Assembly: GCF_000009705.1 (NCBI RefSeq)
Contig: NC_003272.1
Location: forward strand, 4,140,001 to 4,172,000
Direction: 5' to 3'
From: Nostoc sp. PCC 7120 = FACHB-418
GTDB lineage: Bacteria; Cyanobacteriota; Cyanobacteriia; Cyanobacteriales; Nostocaceae
Length of the DNA: 32,000 bases
Shown: in pieces, positions 1-8,693 of the stretch
Layout: every line of letters starts with the position of its first letter
How positions within the stretch are numbered: position 1 is the first letter of the stretch
Position numbers and translations under genes: made by a program
Notes under the pieces: model-generated
Told to the model about the DNA's origin: nothing
What the model saw: only the letters and a program-made list of their open reading frames with translations
Database searches by the model: none

Positions 1-517
1 GTTCTACAATACCTTCGTTTACTGCATCAGCACTGAGTTTGCCTTGTTGCACCAGTTCCGCTACTTGACGACAGGCTCTAGTAATTTCGTTGCGACTGCC
101 ATAGTTGACTGCAACAGTAAAGTGAATTGCTTGATTATTTAATGTCTCTGTCATGGAGCGTTCCATTTCCGTTTGTAGTGACTTGGGTAATGCTGTCAAA
201 TCGCCAATAAAGGAAATTCTCACTCCTTCTCGGTGCATTTGCGATAATTCCCGGCGCAGTAATCGCTCAAATAAAAGCATCAGAAAATCTACTTCTTCGA
301 TGGGACGCTGCCAATTTTCCGTAGAGAAGGCGTAGGCGGTGAGGGCTTTGATTCCCCAATCTTTACAGCAGCGCAAGAGTTCTTTGAGTGTTCTTGCGCC
401 TTGGCGATGTCCGGCTATGCGTGGTAATCCTCGGCTAGTTGCCCATCTGCCGTTACCATCCATGATGACGGCTATGTGTTGGGGGATTTTTTGGGGATCT
501 AAGTCTGGGGGGGTCAT
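1..517 (-). CDS. uppS: isoprenyl transferase / undecaprenyl-diphosphate synthase (cis-prenyltransferase), 3' end cut by window edge
   Basis: Absent from the ORF track because it runs off the window. My reverse-complement translation from the ATG at 517-515 reads [72 protein letters not shown]... This carries the DGNGRWA and FSTENW signatures of the UppS family. Confidence 0.9.
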   Translation of the reverse strand, partial: MTPPDLDPQKIPQHIAVIMDGNGRWATSRGLPRIAGHRQGARTLKELLRCCKDWGIKALTAYAFSTENWQRPIEEVDFLMLLFERLLRRELSQMHREGVRISFIGDLTALPKSLQTEMERSMTETLNNQAIHFTVAVNYGSRNEITRACRQVAELVQQGKLSADAVNEGIVE

Positions 518-577
518 TTTTGGTGTTGATGGGTGGATTGGGGGAAAGTTCACGCAGAGGAGAGTATAGAGGGGTTA

Positions 578-1510
578 TTAACTACTTAGTAGATTGTTGA
601 GATATTTTGGGTTAAGGGTGTTGTGCCATGTCCACAGGCGGCGCATGGTTTGGGTTGATGTGTAGATGAGGGTGGCTTTGTTGGTGAGTGTCCAGGCGTT
701 CCAGTTAAGTGTATTCATCATGCGGCGTAGGGTTCGCATGAGGTTGTTACGTTGATAGGTTTGGGAACGGGTTTTGATGAGGGTGCGCCCTACTCGGATT
801 AGTCCTGTGTCAGGAAAAGCCCAAACTCCAAAGCCCCAGAATTTGGTCATGTGGTTGATTTCGTCTTTCGTGAGTTCTTCGAGAACTTCTTGGAGTGCGC
901 CTGTTGTGTGCGCCATTAGCCACAGGTAAAGGCAGGTTGCACCGTATTCTGTGGCTACGCGGTGTAAGCCGTGGCGATAGAGGTCTTCTTGGGGGTCATT
1001 TGTGGGGAGGTAGCCTCTGATTGTACGATGTTTAGGGGTGATTTTCTCCCCTGTTAATTGGGTGTAGATTTTGATTAATGCGGGTGTGTGTTGACGTTCT
1101 TCTTTTTCCCACAAACCAAGTTCTTGGAGTTCGCCATCTCCATCGACTGTTCCACCGACAAACCGCGCCATCTGGGGATGTAACTTTTCTAAATATTGCC
1201 GACTGGTTTGGGTGTAGCCTCGAATGGGGGCTTCTGTGTCCATTGCACCGATCAATATAGATAAAAATACTTCTGGTTCTATACCGATAATTTGGTTGCG
1301 GTTAATGGCTTGCCAGTCAATTAGTTTCCAGGGACGCGCTTGGGGATTGGCAAATTGTATCGGTAAATCTTGCAAGCGAGCGCGTAGTATTTCGACTGCA
1401 ATATATTTATCTATGAGGGAGCGAATACGGCTCTGTGTTTGCCAGTAGTGAGGATGAGCATAGCTTTGTGCCGCCGATGCTTCTAGTTGTGGGCTGGTGG
1501 TATCAAGCAT
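578..1510 (-). CDS. di-iron carboxylate (ferritin-like / acyl-ACP-desaturase-like) protein
   Basis: 310-aa ORF with two ExxH iron-ligand motifs in the expected context: WEKEERQH and TKDEINH. These compare with WTAEENRHG and ADEKRHE of soluble acyl-ACP desaturases. Co-directional with uppS, 60 nt upstream of it. Confidence 0.6.
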   Translation of the reverse strand: MLDTTSPQLEASAAQSYAHPHYWQTQSRIRSLIDKYIAVEILRARLQDLPIQFANPQARPWKLIDWQAINRNQIIGIEPEVFLSILIGAMDTEAPIRGYTQTSRQYLEKLHPQMARFVGGTVDGDGELQELGLWEKEERQHTPALIKIYTQLTGEKITPKHRTIRGYLPTNDPQEDLYRHGLHRVATEYGATCLYLWLMAHTTGALQEVLEELTKDEINHMTKFWGFGVWAFPDTGLIRVGRTLIKTRSQTYQRNNLMRTLRRMMNTLNWNAWTLTNKATLIYTSTQTMRRLWTWHNTLNPKYLNNLLSS

Positions 1511-1563
1511 AATTTTTATACTATGACTTCTATGCCCAATAGCCTAAGCGATCGCACCAGCGT

Positions 1564-1625
1564 TTGTCAGTCGGCTAAAGTCGGCAGTTTTATGTGATTC
1601 AGTTGGAAAAGTCAGGGAAAAAGTC
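1564..1625 (+). repeat. intergenic repeat copy A (TTGTCAGTCGG ... GGAAAAGTCAGGGAAAAAGTC)
   Basis: Shares TTGTCAGTC(G/A)G and the GAAAAGTCnGG-AAAA(A)GTC box with copies at 3334-3371 and 3713-3741. All three copies are in the same orientation. Confidence 0.6.
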
Positions 1626-1665
1626 TTTGGTTTAGTATATATCTATTGTATAGAGTTTATTAAGT

Positions 1666-2568
1666 ATGAAAGTCTACGATATATACTCAAAGCGTCAAAC
1701 AAGGCTAAGAGAAGAATTTCCTGATGTTTATCAGTATGTTGATATCCCTCAACCGCTTCGCGTGCAGATTGCTTACATTATTTATGATGTTATAGCTGAA
1801 CCTGTAGATATAGAATTAATAAAGAGTTTTAGCGAAATTTATAGCAGACTATACCGTGAATACGGTAAGTTAAAACAATCAATTGTAGGCAAGGATATAA
1901 TTAATCTTTTTATGTTCAATACTGAGAAAACAGAACATACTCTTGATTTTATAGAGTTAAGTTTTAAATTGATTGACTATACATATAGAAACAGAATGGC
2001 ATTTATTAAAAATTCAAAAATTACAGCCGATGAAGCAATTAAAGAATTAAACTTCAGGTTTAGAGAACACGGATTAGGTTATCAATATGAGTCAGGTAAA
2101 ATTATCAAAATTGATTCTCAGATAATTCATGCTGAAGCAGTCAAGCCAGTTTTACACTTGCTAAGTGATAGCAGATTTCAGGGAGTGAATGAGGAATTTC
2201 TAAAAGCACACGAACACTACAGACATGGACACTACAAGGAATGTCTTGTTGAATGTCTCAAGGCTTTTGAGAGTACTATGAAAACTATATGTGATACTCA
2301 AGGATGGAGTTACCAGCCTGGAGACACAGCTAAAAAACTTATTAATGTTTGCTTTCAGAACAATCTAATTCCTACTTATTTACAAGACCAATTTTCTTCA
2401 CTTAGACAAAATCTTGAAAGTGGAGTGCCTACCATGAGAAATAAAAATGGTGGTCATGGTCAAGGTTCTCAACCACTTAATGTCCCACAATACTTTGCTG
2501 GCTATCAACTTCATATGACGGCAAGCACAATCCTATTTTTGTTAGAAGCAGAGAAGACGCTGCCTTAA
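1666..2568 (+). CDS. AbiJ-like abortive-infection protein (AbiJ-type N-terminal domain plus C-terminal HEPN)
   Basis: The N-terminus MKVYDIYSKRQTRLREEFPDVYQYVDIPQPLRVQIAYII matches my recollection of the STM4504/AbiJ-NTD family (FSKRQ..PDVY.YD.IP..LRVQI). The C-terminus has an Rx5H HEPN motif, R258-NKNGG-H264 (nt 2437-2457). The gene is visibly AT-richer than its neighbours and has no HIP1 site. Confidence 0.65.
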   Translation: MKVYDIYSKRQTRLREEFPDVYQYVDIPQPLRVQIAYIIYDVIAEPVDIELIKSFSEIYSRLYREYGKLKQSIVGKDIINLFMFNTEKTEHTLDFIELSFKLIDYTYRNRMAFIKNSKITADEAIKELNFRFREHGLGYQYESGKIIKIDSQIIHAEAVKPVLHLLSDSRFQGVNEEFLKAHEHYRHGHYKECLVECLKAFESTMKTICDTQGWSYQPGDTAKKLINVCFQNNLIPTYLQDQFSSLRQNLESGVPTMRNKNGGHGQGSQPLNVPQYFAGYQLHMTASTILFLLEAEKTLP

Positions 2569-2582
2569 AGTTAATTTTTACT

Positions 2583-3263
2583 TTATTCTGGCAGTTCTCC
2601 AAATTGCTGGCGATAACGCTCAAGTTGTTTTTGTACTGCTTCTAGCTGTTCTTCTGGGGTTTGATATCGCTTTCCTTGTTGGTCATACCAATATAAAACC
2701 TGACGCTGTAAATCACCAGAAATATACTGTCCTCTACCAATTCCCAACCCAATTTCTGACATCCAAAAGGGTTCACCGATTTGTAATTGGTAGCCACCAT
2801 TTACTAGACGATAAACTTCAAAAGGTTGGTGGCGATCGCGCTGCCAATACTCTGGATTATAAATAATGTAGTATAGTACCCCTAGCTTGGCGTAAGTATC
2901 TAATTTCTTGTCGTATTCTCCACCAGGAGTTAAAGAGACAATTTCTAAAGCCAGTATAGGTGCAATATTGTCTTCTTCCCAAACAACATAGCTTTTACGA
3001 GATTTATCTGCTTTGCGGCGTTCTACACCTAAGCTCAAAAATCCGTCCGGCACAATTGGCACAAGTGGACTGACCCCTGTTGTATGATAAACGCCCATAT
3101 CAACACCGAAAAACCAGTCTTTACGGTTTGCCCAAATATATTCCAGTAAGAATAGGAGCAAGTTGGGAATAAAATTTTGGTCTTCGTTATCCACAGGGGT
3201 ATCGTCTGAACAAGGAAGTTCAGCACTGCTAGGTAAAGAGAGGCGAGGGTCGGATTTCACCAT
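2583..3263 (-). CDS. Uma2 (DUF820) family restriction-endonuclease-like protein
   Basis: 226 aa. Typical cyanobacterial Uma2 layout: IPNLLL...W...D..VY....SPLVPD.F, LALEIVS (PD-(D/E)xK core), Y.KLGV.YYIIYNP. The C-terminal tail is coiled-coil-like. Confidence 0.8.
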   Translation of the reverse strand: MVKSDPRLSLPSSAELPCSDDTPVDNEDQNFIPNLLLFLLEYIWANRKDWFFGVDMGVYHTTGVSPLVPIVPDGFLSLGVERRKADKSRKSYVVWEEDNIAPILALEIVSLTPGGEYDKKLDTYAKLGVLYYIIYNPEYWQRDRHQPFEVYRLVNGGYQLQIGEPFWMSEIGLGIGRGQYISGDLQRQVLYWYDQQGKRYQTPEEQLEAVQKQLERYRQQFGELPE

Positions 3264-3333
3264 AGATAATGATGGTGTTGAGATGACCTAATGATTTTTA
3301 TTGTATTCGACAATAGGGCTTTATTGTTTGCGC

Positions 3334-3371
3334 TTGTCAGTCAGGTTTAGAAAAGTCTAGGAGAAAATCGG
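3334..3371 (+). repeat. intergenic repeat copy B (TTGTCAGTCAGG ... AGAAAAGTCTAGGAGAAAATCGG)
   Basis: Lies immediately 3' of the PTP-like gene stop (3377). Same orientation as copies A and C. Confidence 0.6.
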
Positions 3372-3376
3372 ATGTC

Positions 3377-3706
3377 TTAATATGTACCTAACAACGGCAG
3401 CACTTTTTTCTTTAATATCTCAATTAAAGCTGGTTCCATATACTCAAATTCATCTGGTATATCTAAACATATAACTCTTTTATTTTTGAGAAAAGGCTGG
3501 AAATTTTTGGCTAATTTCTGTTTATGTAGCTGCTCCATAACAAAAATAATATCAGCCCATTCGATAGCTTCTGAGGAAACTGGAACCTCTGCATAATGGT
3601 CTAAACCCGCCGAATCCGTTTCCAATCCTTCATATTCAGCAAATACAACCTCAGCAGTGGGACTACGCAATCTATTTTGACTACAAATAAATAAAATTTT
3701 CTTCAT
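3377..3706 (-). CDS. short low-molecular-weight phosphotyrosine phosphatase-like protein
   Basis: 109 aa. N-terminal P-loop ILFICSQNRLRS fits CX5R(S/T). Only about two-thirds the length of canonical LMW-PTP/ArsC-type enzymes. Confidence 0.65.
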   Translation of the reverse strand: MKKILFICSQNRLRSPTAEVVFAEYEGLETDSAGLDHYAEVPVSSEAIEWADIIFVMEQLHKQKLAKNFQPFLKNKRVICLDIPDEFEYMEPALIEILKKKVLPLLGTY

Positions 3707-3712
3707 GATTAT

Positions 3713-3741
3713 AAAGTCAGAAAAGTCTGGTAAAAAGTCGG
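3713..3741 (+). repeat. intergenic repeat copy C (AAAGTCAGAAAAGTCTGGTAAAAAGTCGG)
   Basis: 7 nt upstream of the PTP-like start codon and 91 nt upstream of the STAND gene. Three AAAGTC boxes are followed by the palindrome GATTCatcGAATC (3741-3753). Confidence 0.6.
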
Positions 3742-3831
3742 ATTCATCGAATCTTATCCGAAAGATGGGGCAGAAGAATTGTAGATTAACCTATAGTTCT
3801 CAAATTTAACTACCCTCGTCATTGCATAATA

Positions 3832-6207
3832 ATGGACGCTGAAGCAGCATTAGCATGGTTAGACACCATAATTCCTGCTCAGACCGGGGAACGGTTGAGC
3901 GATTTGCAAAAAGTTATTGTTGTGCAGGTTTGGTTGGGTAGGAAATATTTGGATATTGCCCGTGCTTATGGTTGTACGGAAGGACACGCTAAGGATGCTG
4001 GCTCACATTTATGGAAACTGCTTTCTCAAGTACTGCGGGAGAGGATTACCAAGAGTAATTGTCGCGCTACGTTGGAACGAGTGCTGAGAAAAACTACGGC
4101 TATATCTGGTCTAATTGATTACCAAAAATTGACCCAACAACCTACACCTAAATTAGAGGATAGCAATTTTTTAGGTAGGGAGGAAGCGATCGCTCACCTA
4201 AATACTCTAGTAAATCCAGGCTCGAAAGTGATTGTCGTCCAAGGTGAGGGGGGTTTAGGCAAAACTACTCTCGCCCAGCAATATCTCCAAACTCAGGGTT
4301 TTGACTTGGTTTTAGAACTGTTAATGGCGAAGGAAACCCAAAACATTACCCCGGCGGAACGGGTGGTGGAAGAATGGCTCAAACAAGACTTTGGGGAAGA
4401 ACCAGGGGTAGAGTTTGGTGTGACGTTGGGACGACTCAAGCGCCAACTCCACAATCGGCGGATTGGGGTGTTAATTGATAATCTGGAACCTGCATTAGAT
4501 CAACAAGGTCGTTTGATTCCGCTTCACCGCAATTATGTAGAACTGTTGCGGGTTTTGGCTGATGTTAGGGTGCAGTCGGTAACGTTGATTACTAGCCGCG
4601 ATCGCCTGTGTGAACCTGGTTTAAATGTGCATCACTATCGGCTTCCAGGTTTGGATCAAAGCGCATGGCAAAAGTTTTTTAGTAACCGTGGGTTAACTAT
4701 CAACTTGCCTATCTTGCAACAAATACATCATACTTACGGCGGTAATGCCAAAGCAATGGGGATTCTCTGCGGGGCGATGCAGGAAGATTTCGGCGGGGAT
4801 ATGGCGCTTTATTGGCAAGAAAATCATGGTGATCCTTTAGCCGCAACAGATTTAAAGAATTTAGCGGTGAGTCAAATTAATCGTTTGCAAGCCCTTGATC
4901 CCCAAGCCTATCGCCTACTGTGCCGTTTGGGATGTTATCGTTACCAAGATATACCCACCATTCCCTCATCAGGACTGTTTTCTTTACTTTGGGATGTTCC
5001 CGCGTCTGAACATCGTCAACTTATTGCTTCCCTGAGAAATCGCTCTTTAGTGGAGTGTCATCAAGGGGAATATTGGCTACATCCGGTAATTCGCGCCGAG
5101 GCGATCGCTCGTTTACGTACCAGTGATGAGTGGGAAATAACCAATCACAAGGCTGCCGATTTTTGGACAGCTAGTATTCCCAAAATTGCCACATTTCAAG
5201 ATGCTTTACAAGCGCTAGAAGCATATTATCACTACATAGACATCAACGAATTTGAGTTAGCAGGTAAGGTAATTCTCAAGAGTCGCAATAATCAATGGCA
5301 GCAGTTTTTACCCTTGGGAAGTACCTTGTATCGGATGGGTTTGATTCAGCCGATATTAACAGCAATTAATCAAGTTTTAAAAAATATTCAGCATGACCAA
5401 AACTTAAGTGAATTGTACAATATATTGGGTGATTTACATTGGATAACAGGGAATATTAGTCAAGCGATCGCCTGTCAGGAAAAAACCATCAATCTGACAA
5501 CACAAGCCCTGAAATCACTCGTACCGCAACCAGAGAATAAACATAAAGTCTACTATTTGAGAATGTTAGAAGTAGATTCTCTCTTAAGTATTGGTCTTTA
5601 TAAGATAGATTTGTGGGAACTGGAAGACGCTGCCAAATTATTTCAACAAGTAATTTACCTAGCCCAAAATACAGACCATCATCGCTGGGCAGAAAAAGCT
5701 TCTGTATGTTTAGCCTTAGTCAATTCATACTTAGGTTTATGTGATGCTGCTTATTTATTAGCAGATGTAGCTTACCGAAATATTAAAAAAGAAGCAATTA
5801 TAGAGACAGGAAGATTCGCTTATTTCATTCAAATATTAGGTCAAACCTATGTTAATTTAGGAGACTTTACCAAAGCAAAGGAAATGTTTCACCAAGCTTT
5901 GACCTTTGCGGAAGAAAGCCATTATATGCAGGTTAAAGCAAAAACCCTGAATGGATTAGCAGAAATTCATCGCCAACAAGCAGATTATCCATTAGCCCTG
6001 GCTTATCATACAGAAGCAATCGAACTTTTAGATAAAATCGGCGCTAAATGTGACCTAGCTGAAACCTATTTTCAATTAGGTTTAACTTATAAAAAAATGG
6101 CAAAGTCTGATGCCAGTCAAAAGTATTTTACTCAAGCAATAAATTTATTTACAGAAATTAAAGCCCCTAATCAAGTTGACAAAATTTCCATAACTGCCAG
6201 TTTTTAG
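3832..6207 (+). CDS. STAND NTPase: N-terminal HTH-like module, NB-ARC ATPase, C-terminal TPR array
   Basis: Walker A VVQGEGGLGKTTLAQQY. Walker B RIGVLIDNLE. NB-ARC-like TLITSRDR and GGNAKAM (GLPL-like). C-terminal TPR-like repeats, for example LGQTYVNLGDFTKAKEMFHQALTFAEE and YFQLGLTYKKMAKSDASQKYFTQAINLF. The N-terminal LSDLQKVIVVQVWLGRKYLDIARAYGCTEGHAKDAGSHLWKLL resembles a sigma-70 region 4/LuxR-type HTH. Confidence 0.8.
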   Translation: MDAEAALAWLDTIIPAQTGERLSDLQKVIVVQVWLGRKYLDIARAYGCTEGHAKDAGSHLWKLLSQVLRERITKSNCRATLERVLRKTTAISGLIDYQKLTQQPTPKLEDSNFLGREEAIAHLNTLVNPGSKVIVVQGEGGLGKTTLAQQYLQTQGFDLVLELLMAKETQNITPAERVVEEWLKQDFGEEPGVEFGVTLGRLKRQLHNRRIGVLIDNLEPALDQQGRLIPLHRNYVELLRVLADVRVQSVTLITSRDRLCEPGLNVHHYRLPGLDQSAWQKFFSNRGLTINLPILQQIHHTYGGNAKAMGILCGAMQEDFGGDMALYWQENHGDPLAATDLKNLAVSQINRLQALDPQAYRLLCRLGCYRYQDIPTIPSSGLFSLLWDVPASEHRQLIASLRNRSLVECHQGEYWLHPVIRAEAIARLRTSDEWEITNHKAADFWTASIPKIATFQDALQALEAYYHYIDINEFELAGKVILKSRNNQWQQFLPLGSTLYRMGLIQPILTAINQVLKNIQHDQNLSELYNILGDLHWITGNISQAIACQEKTINLTTQALKSLVPQPENKHKVYYLRMLEVDSLLSIGLYKIDLWELEDAAKLFQQVIYLAQNTDHHRWAEKASVCLALVNSYLGLCDAAYLLADVAYRNIKKEAIIETGRFAYFIQILGQTYVNLGDFTKAKEMFHQALTFAEESHYMQVKAKTLNGLAEIHRQQADYPLALAYHTEAIELLDKIGAKCDLAETYFQLGLTYKKMAKSDASQKYFTQAINLFTEIKAPNQVDKISITASF

Positions 6208-6238
6208 ACCACCACTTCCCCTAAACCCACCTTTCAAG

Positions 6239-6445
6239 CTAAATTCCACGTCCTGGCTTACAATCTACGAAACCTAATGCTTCTGTGTCCAGAAAACTGG
6301 CGATCGCCATCTCAATGACTGCTTCAATAGGATACTCAATTTCCGTGGCACGAGCGATGAGAGCATCTCGAATTCGCTCAGGTAGACGCTCTAAAATGAT
6401 TTCGGCATCAACGGCAGAAAGTTGCTCGTAGATTTTGGTCGCCAT
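6239..6445 (-). CDS. small ribbon-helix-helix-like protein (68 aa), putative partner of the upstream GIY-YIG protein
   Basis: I prefer the ATG at 6445 (MATKIYEQL...) over the ORF-track start at 6475, because a GAAAGGTGAAGC Shine-Dalgarno-like string sits just 5' of it. The pattern LPERIRDALIARATEIEYPIEAVIEMAIASFLD fits strand-helix-helix. It starts 4 nt after the GIY-YIG stop. Confidence 0.5.
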   Translation of the reverse strand: MATKIYEQLSAVDAEIILERLPERIRDALIARATEIEYPIEAVIEMAIASFLDTEALGFVDCKPGRGI

Positions 6446-6449
6446 AGCT

Positions 6450-6827
6450 TCACCTTTCGGTTGGAATTTGGACATTATAAGGCGGTTCAGTAGCTCTCAG
6501 GATGATTGCTTCTAACTCCAATAGTAACCCAGGGTTTTCCCAGTAAGAAATTTCTTGCCAGGCAATCCGCACATCTTTATCTTGATACTGATCAAGCCAC
6601 GCCCACAGAAAAGCCTTGTGTCCACCACTGAAACGTCCCCGCAAACTCTTAGTTTTACCGATGTAGAGTAACCCATCATTTTTGTGCCTGATTGCATAGA
6701 TACCAGGATGAGGAGGAATATCGTTAAATTCACGGTTCAATGGCTGGCATTGTTCAAACGGAGTAAAGGCGATTATATCTAAGATTCTCCGAGCTTGAGC
6801 TTGCAGTTCAGAGTCTTTCGTTGCCAT
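6450..6827 (-). CDS. GIY-YIG nuclease domain protein
   Basis: GIYAIRHKNDGLLYIGKTKSLRGRF contains the GIY, YIG and conserved Arg motifs. A later E (LELEAIIL) fits the catalytic Glu. I prefer the ATG at 6827, since the ORF-track start at 6869 is a TTG. Confidence 0.75.
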   Translation of the reverse strand: MATKDSELQAQARRILDIIAFTPFEQCQPLNREFNDIPPHPGIYAIRHKNDGLLYIGKTKSLRGRFSGGHKAFLWAWLDQYQDKDVRIAWQEISYWENPGLLLELEAIILRATEPPYNVQIPTER

Positions 6828-7163
6828 GAAAATAAAAAGGCTAATTACACAGGATTTATGTTCCCACAAATTTTGTCCCAGCCTAAATATTGAGCGCCAT
6901 CATTCAATTGAACATGAACAAATATTGATAACAAAATTTGCTGAACTTTAAGATTCATGTAATTTGCCAAGCCTGGAGTTGTTTCCAGTACAACCTGAAT
7001 CATAATCAGGAAGTAGTTTTGAGCGAATCGCCACACGAAAAGACCCCGAAACACCCCACTTCATGGCGGCTACAAGTTTTGGGACAATCAGCATCAACAA
7101 ACTAATCAAGCACTTATAGTCCCGTTTTGATGATTATTCAAGTTTACAAGGGAGTAAAACATA

Positions 7164-8690
7164 ATGAAATTGGCTTACTGGATGTATGCAGGCCCCGCCC
7201 ACATTGGCACTTTGCGAGTCGCAACTTCATTTAAAAACGTCCATGCTATTATGCACGCGCCTCTGGGTGATGACTACTTTAATGTCATGCGCTCAATGCT
7301 ATCGCGGGAGAGGGACTTCACACCAGTAACAACCAGTGTGGTTGACCGCCATGTTTTAGCCCGTGGTTCTCAAGAAAAGGTGGTAGATAATATTACCCGC
7401 AAAGATGCAGAAGAACGCCCAGATTTAATTGTCTTAACTCCCACCTGTACCTCCAGTATTCTGCAAGAAGACCTAGAAAACTTCGTCGAACGCGCCCAGT
7501 TGGAGGCAAAAGGGGACGTGTTGCTGGCGGATGTGAACCACTATCGGGTAAACGAACTGCAAGCAGGCGATCGCACTCTCCACCAAATTGTTCAATACTA
7601 TATTGAAAAAGCCCGCAAAAAAGGCGAACTCCCAGAAGGTAAAACCGCCAAGCCCTCAGTTAACATCATCGGCATTTCTACCCTGGGGTTCCACAATAAC
7701 CACGACTGCACCGAACTCAAAAGGCTGATGGCTGATTTGGGAATTGAGGTCAACGCGGTCATTCCTGAAGGCGCTTCTGTTCACGAGTTGAAGAATTTAC
7801 CCAGAGCTTGGTTTAACCTCGTTCCTTACCGGGAATTGGGTTTAATGACAGCTAATTACCTAGAAAAGGAATTTGGCACACCTTGCATAGATATTGTGCC
7901 AATGGGTGTAGTAGAAACTGCCCGTTGTATCCGTAAGATTCAGGAAGTGATTAACGCTCAAGGTGCTGATGTTAATTACGAAGACTACATCAACGAGCAA
8001 ACCTTGTATGTATCCCAAGCTGCTTGGTTCTCCCGTTCCATCGACTGTCAAAACCTGACTGGTAAAAAAGCCGTTGTTTTTGGCGACAACACCCACGCCG
8101 CCGCCTTGACAAAGATTTTGTCACGAGAAATGGGGATTCACGTTGTTTGGGCGGGAACCTACTGCAAGTATGATGCTGATTGGTTCCGCGAACAGGTAAG
8201 CGAGTATTGCGATGAAGTTCTGATTACCGAAGATCATGGGGAAATTGGGGATGCGATCGCCCGTGTTGAACCCTCTGCCATCTTCGGTACACAAATGGAA
8301 CGCCACGTTGGTAAGCGTTTAGATATTCCTTGTGGTGTGATTGCTGCACCCATTCACGTACAAAACTTCCCCATCGGTTACAAACCATTCTTGGGTTATG
8401 AAGGAACCAATCAAATTACCGATTTAATCTACAATTCCTTCACTTTAGGTATGGAAGACCACCTATTAGAAATATTTGGTGGACACGATACGAAGGAAGT
8501 AATTACTAAAGGTATTTCTGCTGGTTCTGACCTGAGTTGGACAAAAGATGGCTTGGCAGAATTGAATAAAATTCCTGGTTTTGTGCGCGGAAAAGTCAAG
8601 CGGAATACAGAAAAATTCGCACGCGATCGCGGTTTCAAAGATATCTCAGCAGAGGTGTTATATGCAGCCAAGGAAGCGGTAGGAGCATAA
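7164..8690 (+). CDS. chlB: light-independent protochlorophyllide reductase subunit B
   Basis: 508 aa. [46 protein letters not shown]... is the canonical ChlB N-terminus. Length and C-terminus are as expected. A GGGAG Shine-Dalgarno-like string lies upstream. Confidence 0.95.
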   Translation: MKLAYWMYAGPAHIGTLRVATSFKNVHAIMHAPLGDDYFNVMRSMLSRERDFTPVTTSVVDRHVLARGSQEKVVDNITRKDAEERPDLIVLTPTCTSSILQEDLENFVERAQLEAKGDVLLADVNHYRVNELQAGDRTLHQIVQYYIEKARKKGELPEGKTAKPSVNIIGISTLGFHNNHDCTELKRLMADLGIEVNAVIPEGASVHELKNLPRAWFNLVPYRELGLMTANYLEKEFGTPCIDIVPMGVVETARCIRKIQEVINAQGADVNYEDYINEQTLYVSQAAWFSRSIDCQNLTGKKAVVFGDNTHAAALTKILSREMGIHVVWAGTYCKYDADWFREQVSEYCDEVLITEDHGEIGDAIARVEPSAIFGTQMERHVGKRLDIPCGVIAAPIHVQNFPIGYKPFLGYEGTNQITDLIYNSFTLGMEDHLLEIFGGHDTKEVITKGISAGSDLSWTKDGLAELNKIPGFVRGKVKRNTEKFARDRGFKDISAEVLYAAKEAVGA

Positions 8691-8693
8691 ACA

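Noticed and set aside
153-569. Two plus-strand ORFs (60 and 76 aa) from the ORF track
   Set aside because: They lie antisense to, and entirely inside, a clearly recognisable uppS reading frame. They have no recognisable motifs and are most likely shadow ORFs.
1523-1597. 24-codon sORF (MTSMPNSLSDRTSVCQSAKVGSFM) upstream of the AbiJ-like gene, considered as a possible antitoxin or leader peptide
   Set aside because: It has no ribosome-binding signal and no recognisable fold, and it overlaps the intergenic repeat. There is nothing beyond an open frame to support it.
1564-3741. Interpretation of the intergenic repeats as integron attC sites (gene cassette array)
   Set aside because: No IntI-type integrase or attI is present. 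The repeats are direct AAAGTC-box arrays rather than the imperfect palindromes with R/L boxes of attC. The bracketed genes are in mixed orientation.
6845-7054. 69-aa minus-strand ORF in the chlB upstream region, and the 73-aa ORF at 6512-6733
   Set aside because: The first is hydrophobic, low-complexity sequence starting in an intergenic AT-rich tract. The second is an alternative frame inside the GIY-YIG gene. Neither has coding support.
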